Source: Strigamia acuminata (Eukaryota). From it: 64,000 nt of DNA. Under the pieces are notes generated by a model. That model was not told the origin of the DNA, made no database searches, and saw only the letters and a program-made list of their open reading frames with translations. Each line of letters opens with the position of its first letter. Position 1 is the stretch's first letter. This document shows, piece by piece, positions 52,201 through 62,500 of the stretch. The position numbers were made by a program, and so were the translations under genes. The DNA lies in assembly GCA_949358305.1 (NCBI GenBank), contig OX442314.1:8866001-8930000 (forward strand), in the 5' to 3' direction.

Positions 52201-55200
52201 ATCGTTTTCTGGGTGGTAAATCCGGTACGCCTTCCTTGTATTTGAGTATCCAATGAATACTGCTTTTTCTGCTTTGGGATCCAATTTCTTTCGTTTGTGA
52301 TTCTTAATTAGCACATATGCTACACATCCAAATCTTCTCAAATATTTTAAGTTTGGTTTCCTCCCAAACCACATCTCAAATGGTGTGCGTCCATGTACTG
52401 ACGATTTGCACCGGTTGCGGATGTGCGCCACTGTCGATACGCACTCCGCCCAAAACGTCTTTGGCAGTTTGCAATCTTTTAACATCGCTCTCAACATCTC
52501 AAGTATTGTCCGGTTCGCGCGTTCTGCGACGCCGTTGCTGGCCGGATTAAATGCTGTGGTCAGCTGATGCTCAATGCCCCTCTTTGTCGTCCATTCTTTC
52601 ATACTTTTGGACAAGAACTCGCCGCCGTTATCGCTCCTTAATTTCTTCAGCTTTTTGTCAGTCTGTCTCTCCATGCATGTAATTAGTTCTGTCAACTTCT
52701 CTCTCGTGTCGCTTTTGGCGTTTAATGTTTTTACCATCAACATCCTACTCCAATCGTCCACTACAGTCATTACATAGTTTGCACCTCCTCGAGATTCGGG
52801 TCCAATTGGTCCAATTAAATCGATGTGCCACAATTCCATAATGCTGGACGATTGTCGGTCTGTTACCGATTTGTGCGATGACTTTTTCATCTTTCCTGCG
52901 ATGCATGGTTCACACACGGCGCCACCTTTGCTGCTAATTTCTATGCCGTATGCTAATTCTTCATTTTTCATTTCTCGCAGCGTGTTGTAATTTAAGTGTC
53001 CCAATCTCACGTGCCAATTGTTGTCTTTTTCCTCCGCTTTATAAGACTTCTCATTTTCTTTTATGTTTGCCTTCAACACAAACATGTCTCCCTTTCTTGG
53101 CACCATCATAACTTGTTCTCCATTTTCGTCATTAATTGTTGCGCTCGTTTTGGAGAATATGACTTTTAGTCCATTATCGACAATTTTCGATACTGACAAC
53201 AAATTGCTTCCAATTTGCGGTACACACAGTACTTTCTTCAATCTGGAATTTTTCCCATCGTGTTCGAGCACAATCTTGCCCATTCCAATTGACTTCATGC
53301 TTTTGCCTTTCTTCGCCATTCCGATATTCTTTTCATCCTCATCAAATGTGTCAAAATGTTTTGCATCTAGCGCCGTCATGTGGCTTGTCGCTCCGGAATC
53401 CAACACCCAATCGTTTTCTTCGTTTGGTTCTTCATTCGTCTCTTCATCATTGGTGTTTTCATCCATTTCGTACGTCATAAGTGTGAACTCAGGCTTTTCC
53501 TCGTACGCCATCATTGATATTTCGCTTTTTCCTCTTCCGCGACCTCGCTGATTGCCTCTGCCTCGACCACGTCCTCTTGAGTCGCCACTTTTAAACTCTC
53601 GTTTGGGTTTCGAACAATCTTTCGATAAATGGCCAAACTCCTGGCAGTTGTAACATTTTGCCTCACTGTAGCATTCTCTCGCCATGTGTCCTCCGCGGCC
53701 ACAGTTGAAGCATGTGCGCTTTGGCTTTTGTCCCTTCTCTCGTGTTTTTAGTGCGGCCTCGTTTGTTGTCGTATTTTTCTCTTCTTTTCTAGTTGAAATT
53801 CGACCTTCCTCCATTTTTAGTATGTTGCGAATTTTTGACATGTCTAAATTCGCCTGCACTTCAATTGCGCGCACATTCGCGTCAAATTCTCGTCTCAGTC
53901 CCTTCGTCACATAAAACTTGCTCTCATAGTCGTCTATATTTTTGCCAAGTTTTGCACAGCGGTTAATTATTGCTTCGGCTCTGTTTATATAGGTGTCTAC
54001 ATCTTCCTTGCTGTTCATCTTTAGTTGTGTCAGCTCACAGGCACTTCTCATTTGCAATTCTTGGGTTTTCGCCGCCATGTTGGTTTTCACCAGGTCCCAA
54101 AGTGCCTTTGCACCTTTTGTGTTTGAGTATTTCAAAACTTGTGGTGCCGTCATGGTGCTGATCATCGTGAAGTGGGCCGCCGCGTTTTTATCGTCCCAAT
54201 CGTTCCAAGTTTTCTCTTTTGCGTCAAAATCTGCTTCTCCTTGGACTCCATGTGGCGGTTCGGCTCCAATTATTACTTCTTTCCACAATTTCTTGGCCCT
54301 GAGGACTCCCTCCACTCTCGATTCCCATAGGAAATAATTCGCATCATTTAATGGCTCAATGTTGGCCAAACTCCAATTACCGGTATCGCTCATCTTTGTT
54401 GGTTTCGTCTCAATTTGCACGTATTGTTTAGCTTTTTCTTCCGTCTCGGTTCTGTGGCACAATCTCAATATTGTTTAATTCACCTCGAATCGAATTGTTG
54501 CTCACAGTCTTTGTTAAAGCTGTTTCTCGTCGTCTCGTATCGTGCACTTCAAGATGGCGCGTCGTTACTCTCGGTTTTCGCCTCGTGGTTGCTCTCAACC
54601 GTTGCCTCAAATCTGCTCAAAACTTCTTGTTTTTCGGTCTCAATACCGTTTTTCTTCTATTCAATGTGGCTGATGATTGTTCAACCTTCCTCTCTGCTAC
54701 CATTTGTTATGAATATGGAAAAAACGGTTGAAGTTTAATACAGTTTAGAGCAACCTCACTGTTCTACATCAAGTGAAAGAGTGGGGAAAAAACACAGGAA
54801 GGATGTTCACTCCAAATATGGTAGGAGTGTCACCACAGGATATAAAAAACTCAAACTACACTGATTACACAATGACATCAAGTGGTGATTTTCCACATCA
54901 AATATCCCAACATCAAAGTCACATGACCAAAACACCAGCAAGCTTGAAGCTGGTAAATCAAACTCGGTTTGATCGGAGCGGGTGAGTACGAGCTCGCTTT
55001 GAATAAAAACGCAAGCCTGTGTTTGCTCAAGCGGGCGAGTTTTTAGCCGCTTTGTCAAGTAAAGGCAAGCTTTTAAATTTTACCCGCTCCCTTGTGTTTC
55101 CACCTTTAGGAAACCGAAAAAGTCAAATTCTAGTTTCCAGCAGGCCCACCTTTACCATTGGGCTAACTGGGCGTCGGGCACAGGGGCTCGATGGGCACAG

Positions 55201-56286
55201 AAGGGCGCCGGGCACAGAAAAGTGCTGGGCAAGGGGCGCCTGAGTTTTATTAGCCCAGGGTGCTGAAAAGTGTAAAGACGGCCCTGGTTTCCAGTGTGTG
55301 AACGATTACTTTCTTAACTTTCTCTCTAGTGAGAATCAACCGTAAGTGAGCGTCAAAAAGTTTCATAATTTTTTAGGAACTGCGCCAAGTGGAGCCAATC
55401 TACAGCCGTGGTTTTACGTGGTAGTATCGAATGCAGATGTGAAAGCCCAGCTTCGTGATATTATAGAAGAGGAAGAAGAAATTAATTATCGACGTCGCAT
55501 GGGAAAAGATTGGGTTGAGGATTTAAAGAAATTTAAGACGAATTGGATCAAGCCATACTTGACAGAAGCCCCTCATATAATATTGCTGTTTCGAGAGGAA
55601 TCAGGTTTTAGAGAAGACAAAACCAAACAAACTAATTACTACAAGGAACTAAGTTCAGCCATTTCCGCAGGATTTCTTCTTATGGCTATACACGTAAAAA
55701 AAATTAATTTTTATTTTTTCCTTCTTGAATTTTGTAGTTTTTAGTGTTTATTTTCTTGAAATTTTGAGTTTTTGCGGTTATGCACAGACAATAAATTCAA
55801 AATTATTGATTCATTAGTCATTCCTGATGCTGCTTATTTTATTTATACTTCCTTCTAACTCTAGTCTAAATCATGCTTTAGTTGTGGTACCAATGAACTT
55901 TGAATAATTCGATAGCAAAAGTAGTATATTATTGATTAATGTGTCCCTGCTCTTTGTGTTTATGACTTGTTTGCTTATGCTGCTCTCATGGGCTAGTGGC
56001 CTTTTCATTGCCGATTATCGCAGGCTTCATTCAGGAAATTTATTTCCTGTTGGTTTTTTAAAATCGATTCCATAAGTATTATTTCTATTTTTATTCTAAA
56101 CAGCAAGCTGGTTTGTCAACAGTCACAACCACACCGCTGAACTGTGGACCCAGAATCAGACACTTACTGCAAAGACCAAGCAACGAAAAATTAATTCTTC
56201 TATTTCCCATTGGCTATCCTGCTGATGACGCAATGGTCCCAAATGTTTCAAAAAAGCCACTGCACAAAATCATGCTGCAAATCTGA
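49249..56286 (+). CDS. IYD: Iodotyrosine deiodinase (288 aa, 3 exons)
   Basis: Exons 49249-49615, 55377-55693, 56104-56286 total 867 nt. N-terminal [54 protein letters not shown] nitroreductase-fold motifs. Confidence 0.95.
49942..50149 (-). repeat. 3' LTR of the copia element
   Basis: Direct repeat of 54705-54912. Confidence 0.97.
50251..54393 (-). CDS. Copia Gag-Pol polyprotein (~1380 aa)
   Basis: Two CCHC zinc knuckles, protease DSGA, GAG-pre-integrase WHVRLGH, integrase D-D35-E (SDNGGEF, NGVAER), RT YVDD, RNaseH (YSDASW, ADFLTK), in copia order PR-IN-RT-RH. Confidence 0.97.
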   Translation of the reverse strand: MSDTGNWSLANIEPLNDANYFLWESRVEGVLRAKKLWKEVIIGAEPPHGVQGEADFDAKEKTWNDWDDKNAAAHFTMISTMTAPQVLKYSNTKGAKALWDLVKTNMAAKTQELQMRSACELTQLKMNSKEDVDTYINRAEAIINRCAKLGKNIDDYESKFYVTKGLRREFDANVRAIEVQANLDMSKIRNILKMEEGRISTRKEEKNTTTNEAALKTREKGQKPKRTCFNCGRGGHMARECYSEAKCYNCQEFGHLSKDCSKPKREFKSGDSRGRGRGRGNQRGRGRGKSEISMMAYEEKPEFTLMTYEMDENTNDEETNEEPNEENDWVLDSGATSHMTALDAKHFDTFDEDEKNIGMAKKGKSMKSIGMGKIVLEHDGKNSRLKKVLCVPQIGSNLLSVSKIVDNGLKVIFSKTSATINDENGEQVMMVPRKGDMFVLKANIKENEKSYKAEEKDNNWHVRLGHLNYNTLREMKNEELAYGIEISSKGGAVCEPCIAGKMKKSSHKSVTDRQSSSIMELWHIDLIGPIGPESRGGANYVMTVVDDWSRMLMVKTLNAKSDTREKLTELITCMERQTDKKLKKLRSDNGGEFLSKSMKEWTTKRGIEHQLTTAFNPASNGVAERANRTILEMLRAMLKDCKLPKTFWAECVSTVAHIRNRCKSSVHGRTPFEMWFGRKPNLKYLRRFGCVAYVLIKNHKRKKLDPKAEKAVFIGYSNTRKAYRIYHPENDSISEEIDVKFDESKTGADLLNGEIKDDEEIETVKIDLNCEEKEDESDDAKEEEQNEINEEEDETNEREDNAEENDAQDERVEPPQRGRPAGVTREMKLVADTMQREERERQLVAQGARRSERIKTKQMALLVEEILTPKNYNEAANSNNATEWKAAMDDEMSSMKKHGVWKIGKLPKGKKAVKSKWVYKVKLNSEGEPERFRARLVATGYSQKFGDDYELTFAPVIRIETLRMLINVAAKINRPLKQHDVKAAYLHGKLKEVIFMMQPEGYVEGGKEHVCQLIKSIYGLKQAGRCWFEMLDKTLKKIGFKPSPEDPCLYVILVDGNFMFLGVYVDDDLSLASTDEFETQLMSKMKEEIEFVSIGRLEYILGIQVEYKNGRINIHQGGYIRRLVESEGLEGCNAAITPVNPNQNLDEFEESEKVDATQYQELLGKMMYLATHTRPDLSFPMSLLSQYNKDPRKIHFIALKRVLRYLKGTVDYKLSYGREESHIHGYSDASWDRTSNARSFSGFITLDGSSIINWKCQKQAIVAMSSTESELLALTEGVRELIWLKQLAIGLNGEVDDGETTTMHCDSLNAVKLLRGGAQKTRTKHLNRKVHFIKQEIEDGNVIVEHVPSEDMLADFLTKPLAGPALNGILEALGLKTVGE
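54705..54912 (-). repeat. 5' LTR of the copia element
   Basis: Followed on the minus strand by AA plus the PBS TGGTAGCAGAG. Confidence 0.97.
55141..55286. mobile_element. hAT-type MITE (family shared with 38900-39069)
   Basis: Same termini; perfect TSD GTTTCCAG. Confidence 0.88.
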
Positions 56287-56590
56287 ACAAACCAGTGGCG
56301 CCATCTATTATCAAATCAAACAAAATAAATACACGTGTGTATCACATTTTTTTAATTATGTAAAATATATATCATAATTAAACTTTCACGTTTGTACATT
56401 TGAAAATATTTTCATGTGTTTTTCGAAAAAATATATATATTTGTTTAATCGAAAAATAAAATATAAAAATTTGAGATGCAAATATTTCGTTTTAATCCCA
56501 AAACATGTTTTATTAAACAGCAATATTCCAATTTATAAAAAAAATAATCATAAAATATCGGACATTTTGACGTGGAAATCGAATTTTGAA

Positions 56591-57872
56591 CTAAATCGCT
56601 TTCAATTGGCTGAGAGTGACGTAAACGACGAGCCAGGCGAACACGAGTACCACGAGCATCGCGATTGAAATTGTTTTACATTTATTCCAGTGTTGCCACG
56701 ATATCCTTTGCTGGAATCCCTGCGATTTAGATGGACACCGACACGTGAAACCTTTTTCTTCGCACTGACACAACGGACGGTAGTTGTTTTTCGCCTGCAG
56801 TTCAATTTCCTCCATCGCCATTGTCCTATTGTTTTTCCCTCCTTGGTCGTGTTGCGCCGCTTTCGTGTCGCCAGATGTCGCATCCATGGCGACAGCTGCA
56901 CTCACAGTTGGCAGTGTCGGTCGCTGCTTAGTCTCTCCTTCGTATGCTTCGTTGCTTCGCTGGAAATGGAAGTTCAATAAACTCAATTGAGATTTAAAAA
57001 TAGAATTTTTTTTAAAAAAAATAATAAAAATAATTGCTGCAATTTGTGGGTGGTAATTAAGAAAAAAAAATTATTTTTTATTTATTTCGAATTTTATTTT
57101 TATTTCCGTTATATTTATGCTCGTCTAGAGACAGGATTGTGCAAGTTTGTTTTCCTTAACAACCGTTTTTTATTTATAAATTTTTAATGTTTTTGAAAGA
57201 TAATGTAGGTGTTTTTTAGAGAATTTAATTTAGTTATTTTTTTTTTTGTTTTTTTTTTAATGAAGGAAATTTGAATAATTTCGATTTTTTTAAATGTCTA
57301 CCTTGCAACGGTTGACAAGGGCGCCATATTAAATGAGTAAATTTCTCAGATTTCCTGTTGTGGTGCTATTACATCATGATTATAGTGTTGTGCACTTATA
57401 CACAAAACATTAAAATATAAATAAAATTTGTCAATGAATTTTGTCCCTTTCCTTGCAATTTTTACCCCATTTGACAAATAGATATTAAACCGTGACATTT
57501 TTATTGCCCAAAACACGAAAAATTGACCAGAATTAAATTAAAACTCATTCCCCTGTTCCAAGAAACAAATGTTTTGTCATTATTCAAAAAAAAACATTAT
57601 TCATGACACATGAATGCACATGAATCAAACTTGCACCCCAACAGGAAGAAATTACAACTTTTTTGCATATTTTTGCATTAAAAATCCCAAAAAATCCACA
57701 AAAATAATCCAAAAAATCCCAAAAAAAATAAAAAATAAAATAAAATTTTAAAAATACCAACATTAAAATAGCTATTTAAATAATTTAAACAACCAAAAAA
57801 AATCAAATTAAAAATTAAAAAACAATAAAACGAAATAAAAATCCTTACCCCATTGACAGCTGTGCTGGCCAT
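56591..57872 (-). CDS. Small tail-anchored membrane protein (~130 aa, 2 exons), unknown function
   Basis: Exon 57872-57849 (MASTAVNG, GTAAGG donor, phase 0) joins 56959-56591; C-terminal TM ISIAMLVVLVFAWLVVYVTL; CxC-x6-CxC motif. Confidence 0.6.
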
Positions 57873-58881
57873 TTCAATTCCCAATTGACTTCCACGTTAA
57901 TTAATTCCGTGTTGTACCGTCGAGTTTATTCGCTGTCACTACGCACTACGTTTGCTTCCAATCGGGGCTGGAGTAATGCGAAGGTCAGTTGATTAAAGCC
58001 TCACCACGGAACGTCGATTCTCCTTTTTCGACCAGCTCGAATTTGCGCAGGAAGTGCGAAAAACACGCAATAAAATGCGCGGTTGTCAATGGGGACGAAA
58101 GCTGCCGAGTATCACCATCAGCAGCTGATTATTCCTTCATATCAAGAAACAACTGCAAAGGAATGTTCATATTGCTTTCTTCTTCTTTTTTTTTAATCTC
58201 TAACATGGCCTGGAAACCGGAATTTCTAACTTGAAGACCTTGGAATTGACACTTTAATATCTTAATTAATGATTGGTAATTAATAAATAGTAAATATCTG
58301 TTTTTTTTTTTCTTCCTGTTTTTTCGTTTTATTTCGTTTTCTTGTGTGTTTTTGAATTGAAAAATAAATTGAAATGCAAAACATTCGTTTTAATAATTTA
58401 TTTTATTATTTTATTTCAATGACATTTAATTTTTTTTAAAATTTAATTTTAATTAATTTTATTTTGTGGCTGAAAAATCAATTTATTTGTAGTAAGTTTA
58501 TCGACTAATTATGTCGGATTTTGTTCATGAAATACTGTTTAATTACTGCTGAAAACATTTTAAATTTGGTTTCCTGGATGCAAATTAGGTTTTCATCTTT
58601 TTCCTGCTTTGAAACGGCCATTTTGGATGTATTTGTCAAATCAAAGCAAACCGTGCTGCCATCTGCAGTCCGATTCAAATTTCTATTTCTAGACGACTTG
58701 AGTGAATCATGACGTAAAATCTCTACAACATCTGAACTGGAAACTCTGTGATTGGACAAATTTGTAACAGATAGCGCGGTTTTCGCTTAACTTCCATCAT
58801 GGTGGCTGAATGCTAGTAGTATCGAATGAAGAATCAACTTTGCATTTATTTTACTGAATAATAAAGTTTACACATTAAACG

Positions 58882-59536
58882 ATGGCGAAGAAAGCGACGG
58901 AGAGTCGTCGTAGCACTGCGGCGCAGTTTTTTATGGACGAGGAAATAACGGAACCGAAATCGACATACGATAGAGTGAGATTTCGTTTGTTCTCGGCCAT
59001 TTTTCGACGTTTTTGACATTTTTCTCTCTCTATTTCAATTCCAGGTTGTTGAACTATTAAATCAGGCCACTTTACTACCCAAAGATAACCAGAAAGTTAA
59101 TTTCTTGAAGCAAGTTCAGGAACTCATCGTCCACAAAGAGTCGAATTTATTAGATAATTTCTTAGACGTAATGAAAATAAAATTGAAAAAATCCAAAAAA
59201 AATTGAATTAAAATCGTTTTAAATGTATTTTGTAGGAAATGTTGGCGTTCCAACACGATAAATCGATCGAAGTTCGTAAATTTGTCGTTGGGTTCATCGA
59301 AGAAGCTTGGTATAAAATTTTGTAACGAAAATTTGAATTTTTTGTTGATTTTTTTGCGTTTTTTTTGTTAATAGTAAAAAGGATTTTGAAATTTTGCCAA
59401 AAGTGGTCGCGAATATAAGCATGATGTTGGCAGACGACGCTGTTGCGGTGCAGAAAAAAGTGATTCAGTGCTCGACACAATTGTACAAAACGGCGCTCAA
59501 AGTAAAGTTTTTACACTTTTAATGGTCTGACAATAA

Positions 59537-59568
<32 letters not shown>

Positions 59569-62500
59569 TTTCTAGTGGTTATGCGGCTCGAAAGCCATCA
59601 CTGACATCATGGAATCGACCTGGTCGTACATGAATAAATTAAAAAACATGATTTTGTCGATGATCGATTCGGATAACGACGGGTAAATTCGATTTTAATC
59701 GCTTACAAATCTATATTAATTTTTTTTTCGGTATTAATTTGATTCTCATCGCTTAAAAATCGATATTATTTTTTTTTTCCATTTTAATTCGATTTTTATC
59801 GATTAAAAATAGATATTAATTTTTTTTTCGGTTTTAATTCGATATTTATCGCTGAAAAATCAATATTAATTTTTTTTTTCTCATTTTAATTCGATTTTTA
59901 TCGTTTAAAAATCGATATTATTTTTTTTTTCTATTTTAATTCGATTTTCGCGCATAAAAATCGATATTAATTTTTTTTCCATTTTAATTCGATTTTCATC
60001 GTTTAAAAATCGATATTAATTAATATTATTCCTTTTAGGGTCCGGACACAAGCCATTAAATACATGGAAATGATAATTATCGTGCAAACATACCCAGTAA
60101 ACAATTCAAACATTAAAAATCATTTTTTAAAACTAATTGTAATTTTTTCAACGAATTCCAGGATCCAGACGTCCCGAAAAAAGAGAAAGAAATCGCACTG
60201 GATGACATCCCTTTGAATATCAAGATCCTAAAGCACAGAAAACTAGAAGAAGAGGGTAAACGAGTGCTGGACTCACTCATCGTATTCCAAGGAACTCCGA
60301 CCATCTCAAAGTACATTCCAAATCCCCTAAAAATCAAACAAAACGTCAATTAATCCAAATTTTCTCCATTTCCACATTTTCCAGCGTCAATTTAATGGCG
60401 TGCATGGGCACACTGACCACAATAGCCAAACAAAGACCCGAATTCATGTCTAAAGTGATCCAAACGTTAGAAGCGCTGCAAGGTAGCACGAAAAACAAAC
60501 AAAACAAACCAAACTTAACCGATGAAAATCGAATTAAAATCGAAAAATAAATTAACATCGATTTTCAAACGATGAAAATCGAATTAAAACCGGAAAAAAA
60601 ATTAATATCGATTTTTAAACGATTAAAATCGAATTAAAAACGAAAAAAAAATTAATATCGATTTTCAGTCGATAAAAATCGAATTAAAACCGAAAAAAAA
60701 ATTAATATCGATTTTCAATCGATGAAAATCGAATTAAAACCGGAAAAAAAAATTAATATTGATTTTTAAACGATTAAAATCGAATTAAAACCGAAAAAAA
60801 AAATTAATATTGATTTTTAAACGATTAAATTCGAATTAAAACCGAAAAAAAAATTAATATCGATTTTTAAACGATGAAAATCGAATTAAAAACGAAAAAA
60901 AAATTAATATCGATTTTCAGTCGATAAAAATCGAATTAAAACCGAAAAAAAAATTAATATCGATTTTCAATCGATGAAAATCGAATTAAAACCGGAAAAA
61001 AAAATTAATATTGATTTTTAAACGATTAAATTCGAATTAAAACCGAAAAAAAAATTAATATCGATTTTTAAACGATTAAAATCGAATTTACCCGTCGTTA
61101 TCCGAATCGATCATCGATAAAATCATGTTTTTTAATTTTCTAGTAAATCTACCCCCGACGCTGGCGAAATCCCAAGTGAGCAGCGTGCGAAAACACTTAA
61201 AAGTGCAACTATTAAACCTGATCAAAGTGCCCACATCCAACGAATTCCACGCGCAAATCATCACCTTACTGACCGATCTCGGCGCCACGCAGCAGGAAAT
61301 CGCCAAATGTCTGCCGCGACCCGAAGAAATCAAGAAACGAGCCCGCTCGGCCGACGATCCGGGCCAGGCGACCAAAAGATTGAAAATGGAGGTCGCTTTC
61401 GACAGTTTTCTCAAGAAAATTCAATGTTTTTAGAGTTTGTTTTGTTAAAAACAGGTGGTGGACTTGGCGGACGACGACAAGGACGAGGAAGAGGAGGAGG
61501 AGGAGGAGGAAGAAGAGCCGCAGTCGAAGATATCGCGAGTCGCGACCAACACGGCGATCGACATCACCGCGGAGTTCTTGGTTCCGCGGTTGGTGACGGA
61601 AAACGTGGCCAACTTGGTGCTGGTGAGCATGATGTCGTTGCCGGACGCTCTGCCGGCCCATTTCCAGGCGAGTTACACGCCGATAGCGGCGGCGGGCACC
61701 GACGCGCAGGTCAAGCACGTGTCGAGGCTGTTGGCCACGCAGTTCACGGCCGTGGGACTCGGACCGGGCGTGGACGAGATGATGAAGAAGGCGCAGAAGG
61801 AGAGCGAGGAGAGGAAGGTGGAGAACGACGGCGGGTCGACGCCGAAACACACGATTCAGACGCTAGTTGGTGGGAAAAGGAAGGAGTTTAAGATGAAAAT
61901 GTGGGATTAATTTTTTGGTTTTTGTAGGTCGGGCCGTTAGCGTGGTCAAGAAGGCGCCGGTGGACACCGTGACGTTGTTGCCGGGCGGGCAGACGAAGCC
62001 GTCGAAGAGGGGGATCATTCAGTTGAAGTTGCACGAGATTACGAAGCCGCTGCCGGCGGAACTGTCGAAGGTTATGCAGGAGTCGGCGTTGAAGAGGATT
62101 TTGGGCGCCGATCGCGTGTCCATGTTGGCCGGGGTGTCGAATTTGAGGCTCAAGATTTTGGCCGGGTTGGCGGCTCAGGCGGAAGAGGAATTTGGCGATT
62201 GTAGGATTTTTTTTAGAAATTATTTTTTGATATTTTTTTGAGGTTAAATTTTTTTTTTTTAGTGGTTGAGGATTTTATTTTCGACGATATACGCAATCGG
62301 GCGGATTTGGCGTTCGCGTGGCTGTACGAGGAGTATTGTTTGCGACAGGGGTTCAACCAAACGGCCAATTTGATCGGCGCGGGAGAGCGGAGCAAGTACG
62401 ACAAAGTGTTGTGCGGGTTTCTGAATCGGCTGTTGTCGCGGCCCGATAATAAGGATCGTGAAACGTAAGCGGGGAGTGGAAAGGGTTTTTTGATGGTTTT

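Larger units (their letters stand above)
49942..54912 (-). mobile_element. Full-length Ty1/copia LTR retrotransposon
   Basis: 208-bp TG...CA LTRs (49942-50149, 54705-54912), identical by eye; TSD TCAAA; PBS TGGTAGCAGAG (tRNA-iMet 3' end); PPT-like TTGGGGGAA; single long ORF. Confidence 0.98.
49744..55105. mobile_element. PIF/Harbinger-like MITE (~386 bp), split by the copia insertion
   Basis: TAA|AGCTGGAAACACAAGGGAGCGGGTAAAATT ... AATTTTACCCGCTCCCTTGTGTTTCCACCT|TTA. Confidence 0.8.

Noticed and set aside
50339..54738. Many plus-strand ORFs over the retrotransposon
   Set aside because: Antisense shadows of the Gag-Pol ORF.
50010..54985. Duplicated [15 protein letters not shown] (50010 and 54773)
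   Set aside because: It is simply the two LTR copies.
57302..57327. Alternative first exon MAPLSTVA for the tail-anchored gene
   Set aside because: Its phase-2 donor is out of frame with the exon at 56959 and stops after about 20 codons.
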